Source: Thermodesulfobacteriota bacterium
GTDB lineage: Bacteria > Desulfobacterota_D > UBA1144 > Nemesobacterales > Nemesobacteraceae
DNA length: 64,000 nt
NCBI GenBank assembly: GCA_965202785.1
Contig: OZ241855.1
Coordinates: 1,344,001 to 1,408,000 of the forward strand
Reading direction: 5' to 3'
Shown: piece by piece, positions 30,421 through 40,786 of the stretch
Layout of the letters: each line of letters starts with the position of its first letter
Numbering within the stretch: position 1 is the stretch's first letter
Position numbers and translations under genes: made by a program
The notes under the pieces: generated by a model
Database searches by the model: none
Told to the model about the DNA's origin: nothing
Seen by the model: the letters and a program-made list of their open reading frames with translations, nothing else

Positions 30421-31098
30421 CTACAAAGATACAATCAGCAGACGGTCGTTGCACTTTTGTAACGGACGTGCATTGTGTCCGAACATCCGCTCAAAGCTTG
30501 CGACCTGTTCTGCACTCACCTCAATTACGTCTGGAAAAATGAACCAGTGTACTCCCTCGCTGCAAGGAGGGGTGGTGAGCGACCCCTTGTAATGGAAGTA
30601 GCCGGTGGTCGCGGGCAGTATCGCGGATGCATCCACTGTCGTGTCCGCAACATCAACTTCTATTCCTGCCTCGGCCGGTACGTTGTCAAACACCGCATCC
30701 AAGGCATGGTTTTGTGCGCCTATTTCCATCATAACGCCAACCACTGCCAGTACGCCTGCCGGGTTTTTGTGTACGAAATGTGCCTCCATTGCCGCGTGCG
30801 AACCATCAAAAGCGTGCTCGCTCGGGACGTGAAAGTGAAACTGCAACAGTTCGTAAATTTCACCTGCTGCGGTCAGCGTGCTGCCGGGTGCGTAATTTAC
30901 CTGGAGGGTGTGTCCGGTGTTTAGAATCTTCAGAGAAGAGGGCTTGTAATCAAATTTCAGCGCCGGTCCCTTGACGGGAAAGGCACCGGTGATGTCAATC
31001 GGTGACTGCATGCGCCCGATGGTGCAGGTCGCGTAATCCGGGGAGAGCGAGCCCCAGTTGTCGGGACCTTCGGCCCCGGTATACCCCCAGCAAGTCAA
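30421..31098 (-). CDS. Alpha-class carbonic anhydrase
   Basis: WGY..GP..W, QSPIDI, QFHFH..SEH, EAHFVH (Zn-binding His triad), YKGSLTTPPCSEGV, NARPLQ; TTG 31098 follows GGAGGA. Confidence 0.92.
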   Translation of the reverse strand: MTCWGYTGAEGPDNWGSLSPDYATCTIGRMQSPIDITGAFPVKGPALKFDYKPSSLKILNTGHTLQVNYAPGSTLTAAGEIYELLQFHFHVPSEHAFDGSHAAMEAHFVHKNPAGVLAVVGVMMEIGAQNHALDAVFDNVPAEAGIEVDVADTTVDASAILPATTGYFHYKGSLTTPPCSEGVHWFIFPDVIEVSAEQVASFERMFGHNARPLQKCNDRLLIVSL

Positions 31099-31266
31099 CT
31101 TAGTCCTCCATGACGCATTCCCGTATGGGTTTTCGTGAGTGCGGATATCACTAGCATAATACGCGGTTTTATGGCCTGCACTGCAAACCTGTTTTCTGAG
31201 CAGATGGGGCCGATAATTTGCAAAGACAGCGTAACCCATGCCTCAAAATGTTTCAAACAAACCTAA

Positions 31267-31728
31267 TTAGACGGTTCTTGAGTTGTGGTGCAGATAGGAC
31301 CTGCTCCGTCCGGATTCCAGGTAAAAGCCTTTCTCGTCTTTTCCTGCGTATTTCATTAGTTCGTAGTAGGCCGCGCTAAGAAGCCTAGCCTCGAATTTCC
31401 CGTTCTTTACCTTTACGTAAGGTATGTTCTGCTCGGCTATGGTGAGAGTCGTCAAATCCAGTTCTTCCCCGGATTCGTCGTTTAACCTTATGGAAAAACC
31501 GTTCTCCGTTTTGGTGACCATAGTAACAACAAAAGGGGTATCCTCGCACTCGACGTAAACCCTGCTCCCTTGTTCTTCGACGAAAAGCCTTCCGTCTGCG
31601 TCCACGTCGAGGTTCTTGTTGTTCTCAAGGTATGTCCACCTGTGGGTTATTCTGACCCCGTCGTGAAACCACCTGCCGCGACTGTCTATGAATATTCTGG
31701 GTTTTTTGCTCTCTTGTCTGTTTTTCAT
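31267..31728 (-). CDS. DUF1285-like hypothetical protein
   Basis: [28 protein letters not shown] pattern. Confidence 0.65.
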   Translation of the reverse strand: MKNRQESKKPRIFIDSRGRWFHDGVRITHRWTYLENNKNLDVDADGRLFVEEQGSRVYVECEDTPFVVTMVTKTENGFSIRLNDESGEELDLTTLTIAEQNIPYVKVKNGKFEARLLSAAYYELMKYAGKDEKGFYLESGRSRSYLHHNSRTV

Positions 31729-32138
31729 ATCCCGATAGCTTTCACTACCACCCTTTTTCTTCTTCTTCCGTCAAACTCCCCGTAGAAGATTTCCTGCCAA
31801 GGGCCGAGGTCAAGGTCTCCTTCCGTCACGGGAACCATCACCTGGTGGTGCATGAGGAGATTTTTCAGGTGAGCGTCGCCGTTGTCTTCCCCAGTGCGGT
31901 GATGTTTGTAATCTTCCCTGAAGGGGGAGATGCCTTCAAGCCACTCCCATATGTCTTCGAAAAGCCCCTGCTCGAGGTCATTTACGAAGACAGAAGCCGT
32001 TATGTGCATGGCGGACACGAGGACAAAACCCTCGGTTATGCCGCTTTGCTGAACTATCTGTCTTACCGTCGGAGTTATATGAACAAACTCTCTTTTTTTG
32101 TCCGTGTTAAACCAAAGATACTCGGTATGAGATTTCAA
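31725..32138 (-). CDS. yjbQ: YjbQ/UPF0047 family protein
   Basis: [27 protein letters not shown]; TTG start after AAGGAGG. Confidence 0.9.
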   Translation of the reverse strand: MKSHTEYLWFNTDKKREFVHITPTVRQIVQQSGITEGFVLVSAMHITASVFVNDLEQGLFEDIWEWLEGISPFREDYKHHRTGEDNGDAHLKNLLMHHQVMVPVTEGDLDLGPWQEIFYGEFDGRRRKRVVVKAIGI

Positions 32139-32301
32139 GATGCGCCTCCTTAGCTTTTTCCTGTAACTATACTTTGTCCATTGCGGGTTTTCCCGGTTCT
32201 GTTTATTTTTTGAGGATTTGTTGTACCCTATCTTGTCTTTTAATTGGTTGAAAATTCCCGCACGAGGGTTGCTTGCGCATTTATCAGAGGAAACTTGCCA
32301 G

Positions 32302-33600
32302 ATGAAGATAGCCGTTATAGGAACGGGTTACGTGGGACTTGTCACGGGAGCGTGTTTAGCGGGAAGCGGGAACAGCGTTGAGTGCGTCGACATAGATGAA
32401 AACAAAATCAAGAGCCTTCGGCGCGCCGAAGTCCCCTTCTTCGAGCCGGGTCTTGATGAAATGGTGCGCACCAATATAGATGAGGGAAGGCTCTCCTTTA
32501 CAACCGATATAGCTTCGGCCGTCAGGGAATCCTTTCTTGTATTTATTGCGGTTGGAACTCCTCAGGCGCAAGACGGCGAGGCGGACATCTCTTCTGTTCT
32601 CGAAGTTGCACGGTCAATAGGGAGCAATCTTAACGGATACAAGATAGTGGTAACCAAAAGTACGGTTCCCGTGGGCACTACAGAGAAAGTGCGCAACACT
32701 ATAAAATCCCTCACGGATCAGGAGTTCGGTGTGGCCTCGAACCCTGAATTTCTCAAGGAAGGAGCGGCGATTGAGGACTTCCTTAAGCCCGACAGGGTGG
32801 TAATAGGAGTTGAGGATGAATCGGTAGGCTCGGTTCTCAGGGAGCTCTACTCTCCCTTTATGAGGTCTGCCGACAGGACGATAGTGGTTTCCATCCGGTC
32901 TTCTGAAATGTCAAAGTACGCCTCAAACGCGATGCTTGCCACCAGAATATCGTTTATGAACGATATAGCTAACCTCTGCGAACTTCTGGGCGCGAACGTG
33001 TCCGAGGTGCGCTCGGTGGTGGGTTCTGATGCGAGGATAGGCAGATATTATCTCTATTCGGGAATTGGATACGGGGGATCGTGTTTCCCAAAGGATGTAA
33101 GAGCCCTTGAGAAAATGGCGCACGGCGTAGGCTATGAACCTAGGGTGGTAACCGCGGTTGACCGCGTGAACGCCGCTCAGAGGGAGAGATTCTTCGATAA
33201 AATAGCCGGATTTTTCACTGAACTTGGAGGAAAAAGAGTTGCCGTGTGGGGAATTTCGTTTAAACCTAACACGGATGATATAAGAGAGGCCCCGTCACTT
33301 TACGTGATAGAAAGACTTCTTGATGCGGGCTGTTCTGTTGCTGTTCACGACCCCGCCGCCATGGAAAACGCGAGGGCCGTATTAGGAGACAGCGTGGATT
33401 ATTTCGAATCCTACTACGATGCCTGCAGTGGGGCGGACGCCCTTGTGATTCACACCGAGTGGAGTCAGTACAGACAGCCGAATTTCGAGATGATAAAGGA
33501 ACTGATGAAGACCCCTGTGATATTTGATGGAAGAAATATCTATGATCACATGAAACTTGAGGCCATGGGTATCAAGTATTTCGGAATCGGCAGGCAATGA
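32302..33600 (+). CDS. ugd: UDP-glucose 6-dehydrogenase
   Basis: [50 protein letters not shown]. Confidence 0.95.
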   Translation: MKIAVIGTGYVGLVTGACLAGSGNSVECVDIDENKIKSLRRAEVPFFEPGLDEMVRTNIDEGRLSFTTDIASAVRESFLVFIAVGTPQAQDGEADISSVLEVARSIGSNLNGYKIVVTKSTVPVGTTEKVRNTIKSLTDQEFGVASNPEFLKEGAAIEDFLKPDRVVIGVEDESVGSVLRELYSPFMRSADRTIVVSIRSSEMSKYASNAMLATRISFMNDIANLCELLGANVSEVRSVVGSDARIGRYYLYSGIGYGGSCFPKDVRALEKMAHGVGYEPRVVTAVDRVNAAQRERFFDKIAGFFTELGGKRVAVWGISFKPNTDDIREAPSLYVIERLLDAGCSVAVHDPAAMENARAVLGDSVDYFESYYDACSGADALVIHTEWSQYRQPNFEMIKELMKTPVIFDGRNIYDHMKLEAMGIKYFGIGRQ

Positions 33601-33628
33601 GAATGGACTGGGAGCGGTCTTTACCATC

Positions 33629-34615
33629 ATGAATTTAATTGTTTCAGGTTGTGCGGGATTTATAGGGGCCAAAGTGTGCGAGCTTCTTGTTGAGCGTGGA
33701 GATTTTGTTTTCGGGCTTGACAACATGTCCGATGCCTATGACGTGAGACTCAAGCATCACAGGCTTGAAACTCTCAGAAAGTTCGAGAGATTCAGTTTTT
33801 TCGAATGCGACATATCGGATAACTCCGGGCTTCTTTCTGTGTGCGAGGAAATAAAGGCTTTTTGCGGGGAAGGCCGAATTGACTGCGTTATTAACCTCGC
33901 GGCCCGCGCCGGGGTTCGCCAGAGCATTGAGAATCCCTGGATATATTACTCTACCAACGTGACCGGGACCCTTAATCTACTTGAGTTCTGCCGCTCAGAA
34001 GGAATAGGCAAGTTCGTGCTTGCTTCGACTTCGAGCGTTTACGGGGAAAACGAAATCCCATTCAGGGAGGATATGAAGACCGATTACCAGCTTTCTCAAT
34101 ACGCATCCTCGAAGAAATCGGCCGAAGGCCTTTGCTCGGTTTACAACTCTCTTTACGGAATAGATATCTCGGTGCTTCGCTACTTTACGGTTTACGGTCC
34201 CGCGGGAAGGCCGGACATGAGCGTTTTTCGGTTCATAAAGTGGGTAAACGAAGGAGAGCAAATAGTAATACTCGGCGACGGAGAACAGAAAAGGGACTTT
34301 ACCTATGTTGACGATATCGCTGCGGGCACTGTCTTGGCGATAAGGAATCTGGGCTTTGAGATAATAAACCTCGGAAGCGCGGCCTCTGTTTCCCTGAATG
34401 AAATCATAGAGGTAATAGAACGCGGGACCGGCAAAAAGGCTGAAATCACTTGCGACCCTCCACATCCCTCCGATATCAAGGTTACACTGGCAAACATAGA
34501 CAAGGCGAAAAAGATTTTGGACTGGGAGCCTTGCTTTGATATTGAGACCGGTATTGAAAACTCGCTCAGGTGGTATAATGCCAACGAGGCTCTCGTACGG
34601 AGTATAGAAGTATGA
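33629..34615 (+). CDS. NAD-dependent epimerase (UDP-glucuronate 4-epimerase-like)
   Basis: GCAGFIG, LAARAGVR, YASSK, RYFTVYGPAGRPDM, RDFTYVDD. Confidence 0.88.
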   Translation: MNLIVSGCAGFIGAKVCELLVERGDFVFGLDNMSDAYDVRLKHHRLETLRKFERFSFFECDISDNSGLLSVCEEIKAFCGEGRIDCVINLAARAGVRQSIENPWIYYSTNVTGTLNLLEFCRSEGIGKFVLASTSSVYGENEIPFREDMKTDYQLSQYASSKKSAEGLCSVYNSLYGIDISVLRYFTVYGPAGRPDMSVFRFIKWVNEGEQIVILGDGEQKRDFTYVDDIAAGTVLAIRNLGFEIINLGSAASVSLNEIIEVIERGTGKKAEITCDPPHPSDIKVTLANIDKAKKILDWEPCFDIETGIENSLRWYNANEALVRSIEV

Positions 34616-34653
34616 TACGCTGCAGCGGTCCCGGGGAAAAGTTTACATCGGTA

Positions 34654-34683
34654 TTGACAGACTCCGTCGGCTTTTTATAAGAT
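34654..34683 (+). promoter_or_regulatory. Putative sigma70 promoter of topA-recG
   Basis: TTGACA-N18-TAAGAT, 30 nt before the ATG. Confidence 0.6.
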
Positions 34684-34713
34684 TTAGACAGATTTTGTGG
34701 AACAATTATTTCT

Positions 34714-36963
34714 ATGGCTAAATCTCTTGTTATAGTCGAATCTCCTTCAAAGGCGAGAACAATAAAGAAGTATCTCGGCCGGGATTTCCGCGTGGAAGCC
34801 TCTTCGGGGCATCTCGTAGATCTTCCGAGCAGCAGTCTCGGGGTGGATATCCAGAACGATTTCAAGCCCAAATATACGGTCATAAAGGGCAAGACCAAGT
34901 ATCTTGAAAATCTGAAAAAAGCGTCGCGGGACGCGGAAAAAGTCTATCTTGCCTCCGATCCGGACAGGGAGGGGGAAGCGATCGCGTGGCACATCACAAA
35001 CCGTCTTAACCTCTGGGACAAGGTCCACAGGGTTCTTATACACGAAATAACGGAAGCGGGCGTCAGGGAATCAATGAGCAGACCGCTTGCGATTAACACA
35101 GACCGCTTCGAATCTCAGCAGGCAAGAAGAATTCTTGACAGGATAGTCGGCTACAAGGTGAGTCCTGTTCTCTGGAAGAAGGTTAGAAAGGGGTTGAGCG
35201 CCGGAAGGGTGCAGAGCGTCGCTCTCAGGTTCGTTGTTGACAGGGAAAGGGAGATTCAGAGTTTCAAGCCGCGGGAATACTGGACCCTTGACGCGCTTGT
35301 TAAGAGGGCTGCGGACCCTGATGCGGATGCCTTCACGACTTCGCTCCACATGTTCCAGGGGAAAAAAGCCAAGATCGAGAATGCAAAGCAATCAGAAGAT
35401 ATAGTTTCCGCGCTTTCAGGAAAGGATTTTGTCGTAGGGACGATCGAAAAAAAAGAACGCAGAAGAAAACCGCTTCCTCCTTTCATAACCAGTTCCCTCC
35501 AGCAGGATTCCTCGAAAAAAAACCGCTTCTCCGTCAAAAAGACTATGCTGGTTGCCCAGGGACTCTACGAAGGAGTTGAGCTTGGAAGCAAGGGGCCGGT
35601 AGGACTTATAACCTACATGAGAACCGATTCGGTGAGGGCCTCTGATAACGCCGTGGCTGAAGCAAGGGGGTTCATATCTGAGAATTACGGAGAGGATTAC
35701 GTGCCGAGGCGTCCGAATACCTTTAAGGTGAAAAAATCCGCACAGGATGCCCATGAGTGTATAAGGCCCACTTTTCCTTCGAGGCGTCCCGAAGATCTCA
35801 AGAAGTTTCTCACCGAAGACCAGTACAAGCTTTATTCCCTTATATGGAAAAGGTTCATTGCTTCGCAGATGTCTCCGGCTGTATACGACCAGACTCGTGT
35901 TGACATCACGGCGGGAGAGGCCGTTTTCAGGGCTACTGGTAACGTGATGAAGTTCCCGGGCTTTACAGCCGCCTACGAGGAAGCCACGGAGAAAGAAGAA
36001 AACGCCAAAACGGATGCAAACTCGAGAAAAGATGAGGACAAGAAACTCCCAGAGCTTTCTGAAAAAGATATTCTTTCTCTTCTAAAACTTGACCCCAAGC
36101 AGCATTTCACTCAGCCGCCGCCCAGATATTCGGAAAGTTCTCTTGTGAAAGAGCTTGAAGAAAAGGGTATCGGAAGACCCTCGACCTACGCTTCCATCCT
36201 TTCGACCATACAGGACAGGGGATATGCCGAGCGGCAGAAGGGAAGGTTTGTTCCGACTTCTCTGGGTTTTTCCGTGAACGATTTTCTGGTGGAGGGCTTC
36301 CCGGGAATAATGGACGAGGAGTTTACGGCCCGGATGGAAAGCGATCTTGACAGGGTGGAAGAAGGCGAAGTTCACTGGGTTGAACTGCTGCAGGGCTTTT
36401 ACGACGGGTTTTCAAAGAGCGTGAGCAGAGCCGAGGAAGAAATCGAGGGGCGCAAGTTGGAAATTCCAACCGATATAGAATGCGACAAGTGCGGGGCCCC
36501 CATGGTTATAAGGGAAGGGCGCTACGGGCAGTTTCTTTCCTGCTCAAGGTATCCTGAGTGCAAGAGTGCGAAGGACTTTACAAGGGCGGAGGATGGAGAG
36601 ATCATCGTGGGCAAGAAAACCGACCCAGAAATCTGCGATGATATAGAATGCGACAAGTGCGGGGCCCCCATGGTTATAAAGGAAGGGCGCTACGGGCAGT
36701 TTCTTTCCTGCTCAAAGTATCCCGATTGCAAAAACCCCAAGGAATTCACGAGGCAGGACGGCAAGATCGTCATAAAGCAGAAGGAAGCTCCCGAGATCCG
36801 CGATGATATAAAATGCGAGAAATGCGGTAAACCCATGGTTGTTCGCCGCAGCCGTCGCGGGCGGTTTCTCGGCTGCAGCGGCTATCCCAAGTGCAGAAGC
36901 ACCCTCAACCTCGATAAAGACGGCAATATAGTTAGAAAAGCCACTAAAGCTGAAAAAGTCTGA
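34714..36963 (+). CDS. topA: DNA topoisomerase I with three C4 zinc ribbons
   Basis: IVESPSKA, DPDREGE, SAGRVQS, ITYMRTD, AQDAHE, GIGRPSTY. Confidence 0.97.
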   Translation: MAKSLVIVESPSKARTIKKYLGRDFRVEASSGHLVDLPSSSLGVDIQNDFKPKYTVIKGKTKYLENLKKASRDAEKVYLASDPDREGEAIAWHITNRLNLWDKVHRVLIHEITEAGVRESMSRPLAINTDRFESQQARRILDRIVGYKVSPVLWKKVRKGLSAGRVQSVALRFVVDREREIQSFKPREYWTLDALVKRAADPDADAFTTSLHMFQGKKAKIENAKQSEDIVSALSGKDFVVGTIEKKERRRKPLPPFITSSLQQDSSKKNRFSVKKTMLVAQGLYEGVELGSKGPVGLITYMRTDSVRASDNAVAEARGFISENYGEDYVPRRPNTFKVKKSAQDAHECIRPTFPSRRPEDLKKFLTEDQYKLYSLIWKRFIASQMSPAVYDQTRVDITAGEAVFRATGNVMKFPGFTAAYEEATEKEENAKTDANSRKDEDKKLPELSEKDILSLLKLDPKQHFTQPPPRYSESSLVKELEEKGIGRPSTYASILSTIQDRGYAERQKGRFVPTSLGFSVNDFLVEGFPGIMDEEFTARMESDLDRVEEGEVHWVELLQGFYDGFSKSVSRAEEEIEGRKLEIPTDIECDKCGAPMVIREGRYGQFLSCSRYPECKSAKDFTRAEDGEIIVGKKTDPEICDDIECDKCGAPMVIKEGRYGQFLSCSKYPDCKNPKEFTRQDGKIVIKQKEAPEIRDDIKCEKCGKPMVVRRSRRGRFLGCSGYPKCRSTLNLDKDGNIVRKATKAEKV
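36472..36722 (+). repeat. 83-bp near-perfect direct repeat within topA (36472-36554 and 36640-36722)
   Basis: 81/83 nt identical, period 168 bp; encodes DIECDKCGAPMVI.EGRYGQFLSCS.YP. Confidence 0.92.
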
Positions 36964-36969
36964 TTCATT

Positions 36970-39450
36970 ATGCGGGGCGAGCTGGAAAAAATCCTGCGTT
37001 CTCTGGAAACTCCACTTCTTTTTGCCTCAAGGAATAATTTTTCAAACCTTGACAAGGTTCCCGAACTTGGAGAGGACATAAGGAGAATATCGACGAAACT
37101 TCTTACGGGGAAGTTTCCCGAGGAAGTAAAAACTCCTGTAGCGTCACTGAGAAATTCTTTCTCTGACTTCAAAAGCCTGACGCGTCCAGAAAAAACCAAA
37201 AGAATATCTTCTGCGCTATCGGTCGTTCGCAAAACGATAAAGCTTGTTGAAAAAAGCGAACGCGAGAATGTCCCCGGGAAAGCAACTGTTCCTGGGAAAA
37301 AACTTCCCCCGGATGGGAGCCCATCTTCTGTGAGCGTCACGAGCCTTGAGAGAATCGGACCGAGGATTGCGGGATTTCTTGCGAAAAAATCCATCCATAC
37401 CGTTTCTGATCTTCTTTTTTACTCTCCGAGAAAATACGACGACCGCAGAAAAATAGCGGACATATCGGATATTGCTCCCGGGGATTCCTGCACTGTCCGG
37501 GGAGAGGTTGTCTCCGTGGCGGACATAAGAAACAGGAAGAGAAGATTTTTTCAGGTGGTGATTTACGACGGGACCGGCAGGCTTAGACTCACTTGGTTTA
37601 ATTACAATCCTTCCTATCTGAGGGGGATTTTTAAGAAGGGGTTGAGCTTCATAATTCACGGCAAGGTGTCGGTTGCCTCTGGCGGCAGGGCTCTTCAGAT
37701 AATTCATCCGCTTGCCCAGGATATAGAGATAATAGAAGATGAGGAAGATGTCGGAAACCCTCTTCAGTTCGGAAGAATCGTTCCCGTCTACCCGCTTACA
37801 GAAGGTCTTACTCAGAAAAAGCTGAGAGAGGCGGTAAGAGGGGCTCTCGACGGTTACGCAGGGGACTTCAAGGGACTGGTCCCGAAAGACCTTCAGGAAA
37901 AGCACGACCTGACGGGTTTGCCCGAGGCCCTTGAGCGGGTGCATTTTCCTCCCGGTGATGTCCTTCCAGTTGATTTTGACGACCCTGGTTCGGTCGCGGG
38001 TTCAAGGGCTCACAGAACCGTTATATTCTTCGAGTTTTTCGTCCTCCAGCTTGGTCTTTTCTCCAAAAAGCGAAAGGTGGGCGAAAGTCAGGGCATATCT
38101 TTTAGTCCCGGCGGCTCACTTTCGGAAAAACTTCTTCGCTCACTTTCTTTCAGCCTTACACATGCTCAGCAAAGGGCTATCTCGGAGATAGGGGCGGATA
38201 TGGTTTCCTCCCAACCGATGAACAGGCTTCTTCAGGGAGATGTGGGAAGCGGAAAGACTCTTGTCGCCCTTGTCTCCATGCTCCGAGCGGTTGAGTCAGG
38301 CTATCAGGCCGCACTTATGGTTCCGACGGAGATACTGGCCGAGCAGCATTTTCGAAATATTAAGCAAATGACCGAGAACGCGGGGATAAGCGTAGTTCTT
38401 CTTAAAAGTGCTCTTTCGAAAGCTGACAAATCCCGCGTCCACGAAGAGATAAAGACCGGGCAGGCTGATATCGTGGTTGGAACCCACGCCTTGATCTCAG
38501 AAGCGGTGGATTTTAAGGCTCTTGGATTCGTGGTAATAGATGAGCAGCACAGGTTCGGAGTTGTCCAGAGAGCCAAGCTTGTACGGAAAGCGATGGTGCC
38601 CGACGTTCTTGTTATGACGGCTACTCCGATTCCGAGAACCTTGGCCATTACTGTGTACGGAGATCTTGAAGTCTCGGTGATCGATGAGCTTCCTCCTTCA
38701 AGAAAAAAGGTGGAGACCTTTGTTCTCAGGGATAATCAGAAAAACCGGACGTGGTTTTACGATCGCATAAGAAATAAGCTTAAAGAGGGGCGCCAGGCGT
38801 ATTTTGTTTATCCCTTTATAGAGGAATCTGAGAATCAGGATTTCAAACACGTGAGACACGTAACCAGGATGATCGGGGAACTGCGCAAGGAGTTCTCTGA
38901 GTTTCGCGTTTCACTTCTCCATGGCCGAATGAAAAGCGACGAGAGAGACGCGGTAATGGACGATTTTCTCGCGAGGCGGTGCGATATTCTTGTTTCCACG
39001 ACGGTGATAGAGGTGGGAGTCGACGTTCCCAACGCCACTGTAATGGTTATAGAAAACGCAGAGCGTTTTGGACTCTCGCAGCTTCACCAGATGAGGGGAA
39101 GAGTGGGGAGGGGAGAGCATGAATCAACTTGTTATATAGTGTATTCATCCGTGTCTGCGGAGGAGTCTGGAAAGAGGCTTGAAATAATGAGCGAGACTTC
39201 AGACGGGTTTAGAATCTCCGAGTTTGATCTTGCTAACAGGGGTCCTGGGGAATTCATGGGCACGAAACAGTCGGGAGTTCCCGGTTTCAGTTTTGCCAAC
39301 CTTATAAGAGATTCTGCGTTGCTTAACGAATCGAGAGATTCTGCCCGCGAACTAATGGACAGAGTGGATAATTACGCGGAATACGAAAAACTTTTTGCGC
39401 ATGTAACGGGGAAATGGGGCGAAATGCTTGAACTGGATACTAGTTCATAA
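36970..39450 (+). CDS. recG: ATP-dependent DNA helicase RecG (N-terminal extension)
   Basis: QGDVGSGKT, DEQHRFG, MTATPIPR, QLHQMRGRVGRG, TRG motif DGFRISEFDL..RGPGE. Confidence 0.96.
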   Translation: MRGELEKILRSLETPLLFASRNNFSNLDKVPELGEDIRRISTKLLTGKFPEEVKTPVASLRNSFSDFKSLTRPEKTKRISSALSVVRKTIKLVEKSERENVPGKATVPGKKLPPDGSPSSVSVTSLERIGPRIAGFLAKKSIHTVSDLLFYSPRKYDDRRKIADISDIAPGDSCTVRGEVVSVADIRNRKRRFFQVVIYDGTGRLRLTWFNYNPSYLRGIFKKGLSFIIHGKVSVASGGRALQIIHPLAQDIEIIEDEEDVGNPLQFGRIVPVYPLTEGLTQKKLREAVRGALDGYAGDFKGLVPKDLQEKHDLTGLPEALERVHFPPGDVLPVDFDDPGSVAGSRAHRTVIFFEFFVLQLGLFSKKRKVGESQGISFSPGGSLSEKLLRSLSFSLTHAQQRAISEIGADMVSSQPMNRLLQGDVGSGKTLVALVSMLRAVESGYQAALMVPTEILAEQHFRNIKQMTENAGISVVLLKSALSKADKSRVHEEIKTGQADIVVGTHALISEAVDFKALGFVVIDEQHRFGVVQRAKLVRKAMVPDVLVMTATPIPRTLAITVYGDLEVSVIDELPPSRKKVETFVLRDNQKNRTWFYDRIRNKLKEGRQAYFVYPFIEESENQDFKHVRHVTRMIGELRKEFSEFRVSLLHGRMKSDERDAVMDDFLARRCDILVSTTVIEVGVDVPNATVMVIENAERFGLSQLHQMRGRVGRGEHESTCYIVYSSVSAEESGKRLEIMSETSDGFRISEFDLANRGPGEFMGTKQSGVPGFSFANLIRDSALLNESRDSARELMDRVDNYAEYEKLFAHVTGKWGEMLELDTSS

Positions 39451-39486
39451 TACTGACGGTCGTTACTTCGACACAGACCTTGGAGC

Positions 39487-40761
39487 TTAACCTTCGATAA
39501 GGAGAGTTTCGGGATCTTCGATCAGCTCCTTTACCCTTACGAGAAACTGTACTGCTTCTTTTCCGTCGACTATCCTGTGGTCGTAACTGAGCGCCGTGTA
39601 CATCATTGGTTTTATCACTATGTCCCCGTTAACTGCTACGGGTCTTTCTTCTATCTTGTGGAGTCCCAGTATCGCAACCTGTGGCGGGTTTAGTATCGGA
39701 GTACTCATAAGGGAACCGTACACTCCTCCGTTTGTTATGGTGAAGGTCCCGCCGAAAATTTCATCGAGCGAAAGCGTGTTTGTGTTTGCTTTCTCGGCAA
39801 GTTCCCTAACCTCTTTTTCTATCTGTGCGAAGGTTTTTCTGTCAGCCTCTCTTATGACGGGAACGACAAGTCCTCCCTCGGCCCCTACGGCCACTCCGAT
39901 GTCGTAGTAGTCCTTGTAAACTATTTCATCCTCTTGGATCTCGGCGTTTATCTCCGGAAAAAGTTTGAGTGCTCCTATGGAGGCTTTTATGAAAAAGGAG
40001 GAAAAACCGAGGTTCACTCCGTATTTTTCCCGGAAAGCCTCTTTTTTTCTCGATCGAAGCTCCATTACGTTAGACATGTCGATTTCGTTAAAAGTGGAAA
40101 GTATGGCGGCTGTCTGCTGAGCTTCCACGAGACGTCTTGCGATAGTCCTGCGACGTCTCGACATCTTCATTCTTCTTTCTTTATTAGCGGTAAGCTGTGA
40201 GAGGGACGGGAAGATATCAGGCGACACCGGGGTTTCGGAGATTTTTTCCTCCGGGGGAGTTTCTTGCGGGGTTTCTTCTCTGGTTCTCTGGGACTCAAGG
40301 TGCTTTTCCACATCATCTTTTGTGATTCTGTTTCCCTCGGGTATGACCTGGGAGAGGTCGACTTCGTTCTGCTCGGCGATATTTCTCGCGACGGGAGTCG
40401 CTCGGGTCTTGGGTTCTTCTTCAGGCTGTTTTTCCTGCGGAATTTCTTCGGCTGGCGGTTGGGGTGCGGCTTCGGTTCTCTTGGGGGTCTCTTCTGCGTC
40501 GCTTTTTATATCCCCTTTGCTTGCGGACACCTCGATGCTTCCCAGGATGTCTCCCACTTCGACATCCTCATCGGCTTTTTTTGCTATTGACGCCAGGATT
40601 CCTGTTGCTTCGGCAGCGACTTCGAAGTTGGCTTTCTCGGTTTCAAGCTCAACCACGGTTTCCCCGAGTCTTACCGTGTCTCCCTGCTGCTTGGTCCACT
40701 TGATTATAGTTGCTTCTATTACGGAATCCCCTAAGTGGGGAACGACGATGTTCTTGGCCAT
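39487..40761 (-). CDS. sucB: 2-oxoglutarate dehydrogenase E2 (dihydrolipoyl succinyltransferase)
   Basis: Lipoyl ETEKA, E3-binding [22 protein letters not shown]. Confidence 0.95.
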   Translation of the reverse strand: MAKNIVVPHLGDSVIEATIIKWTKQQGDTVRLGETVVELETEKANFEVAAEATGILASIAKKADEDVEVGDILGSIEVSASKGDIKSDAEETPKRTEAAPQPPAEEIPQEKQPEEEPKTRATPVARNIAEQNEVDLSQVIPEGNRITKDDVEKHLESQRTREETPQETPPEEKISETPVSPDIFPSLSQLTANKERRMKMSRRRRTIARRLVEAQQTAAILSTFNEIDMSNVMELRSRKKEAFREKYGVNLGFSSFFIKASIGALKLFPEINAEIQEDEIVYKDYYDIGVAVGAEGGLVVPVIREADRKTFAQIEKEVRELAEKANTNTLSLDEIFGGTFTITNGGVYGSLMSTPILNPPQVAILGLHKIEERPVAVNGDIVIKPMMYTALSYDHRIVDGKEAVQFLVRVKELIEDPETLLIEG

Positions 40762-40786
40762 TTTCTCCCTCGCTTGCGCGTTTGTC

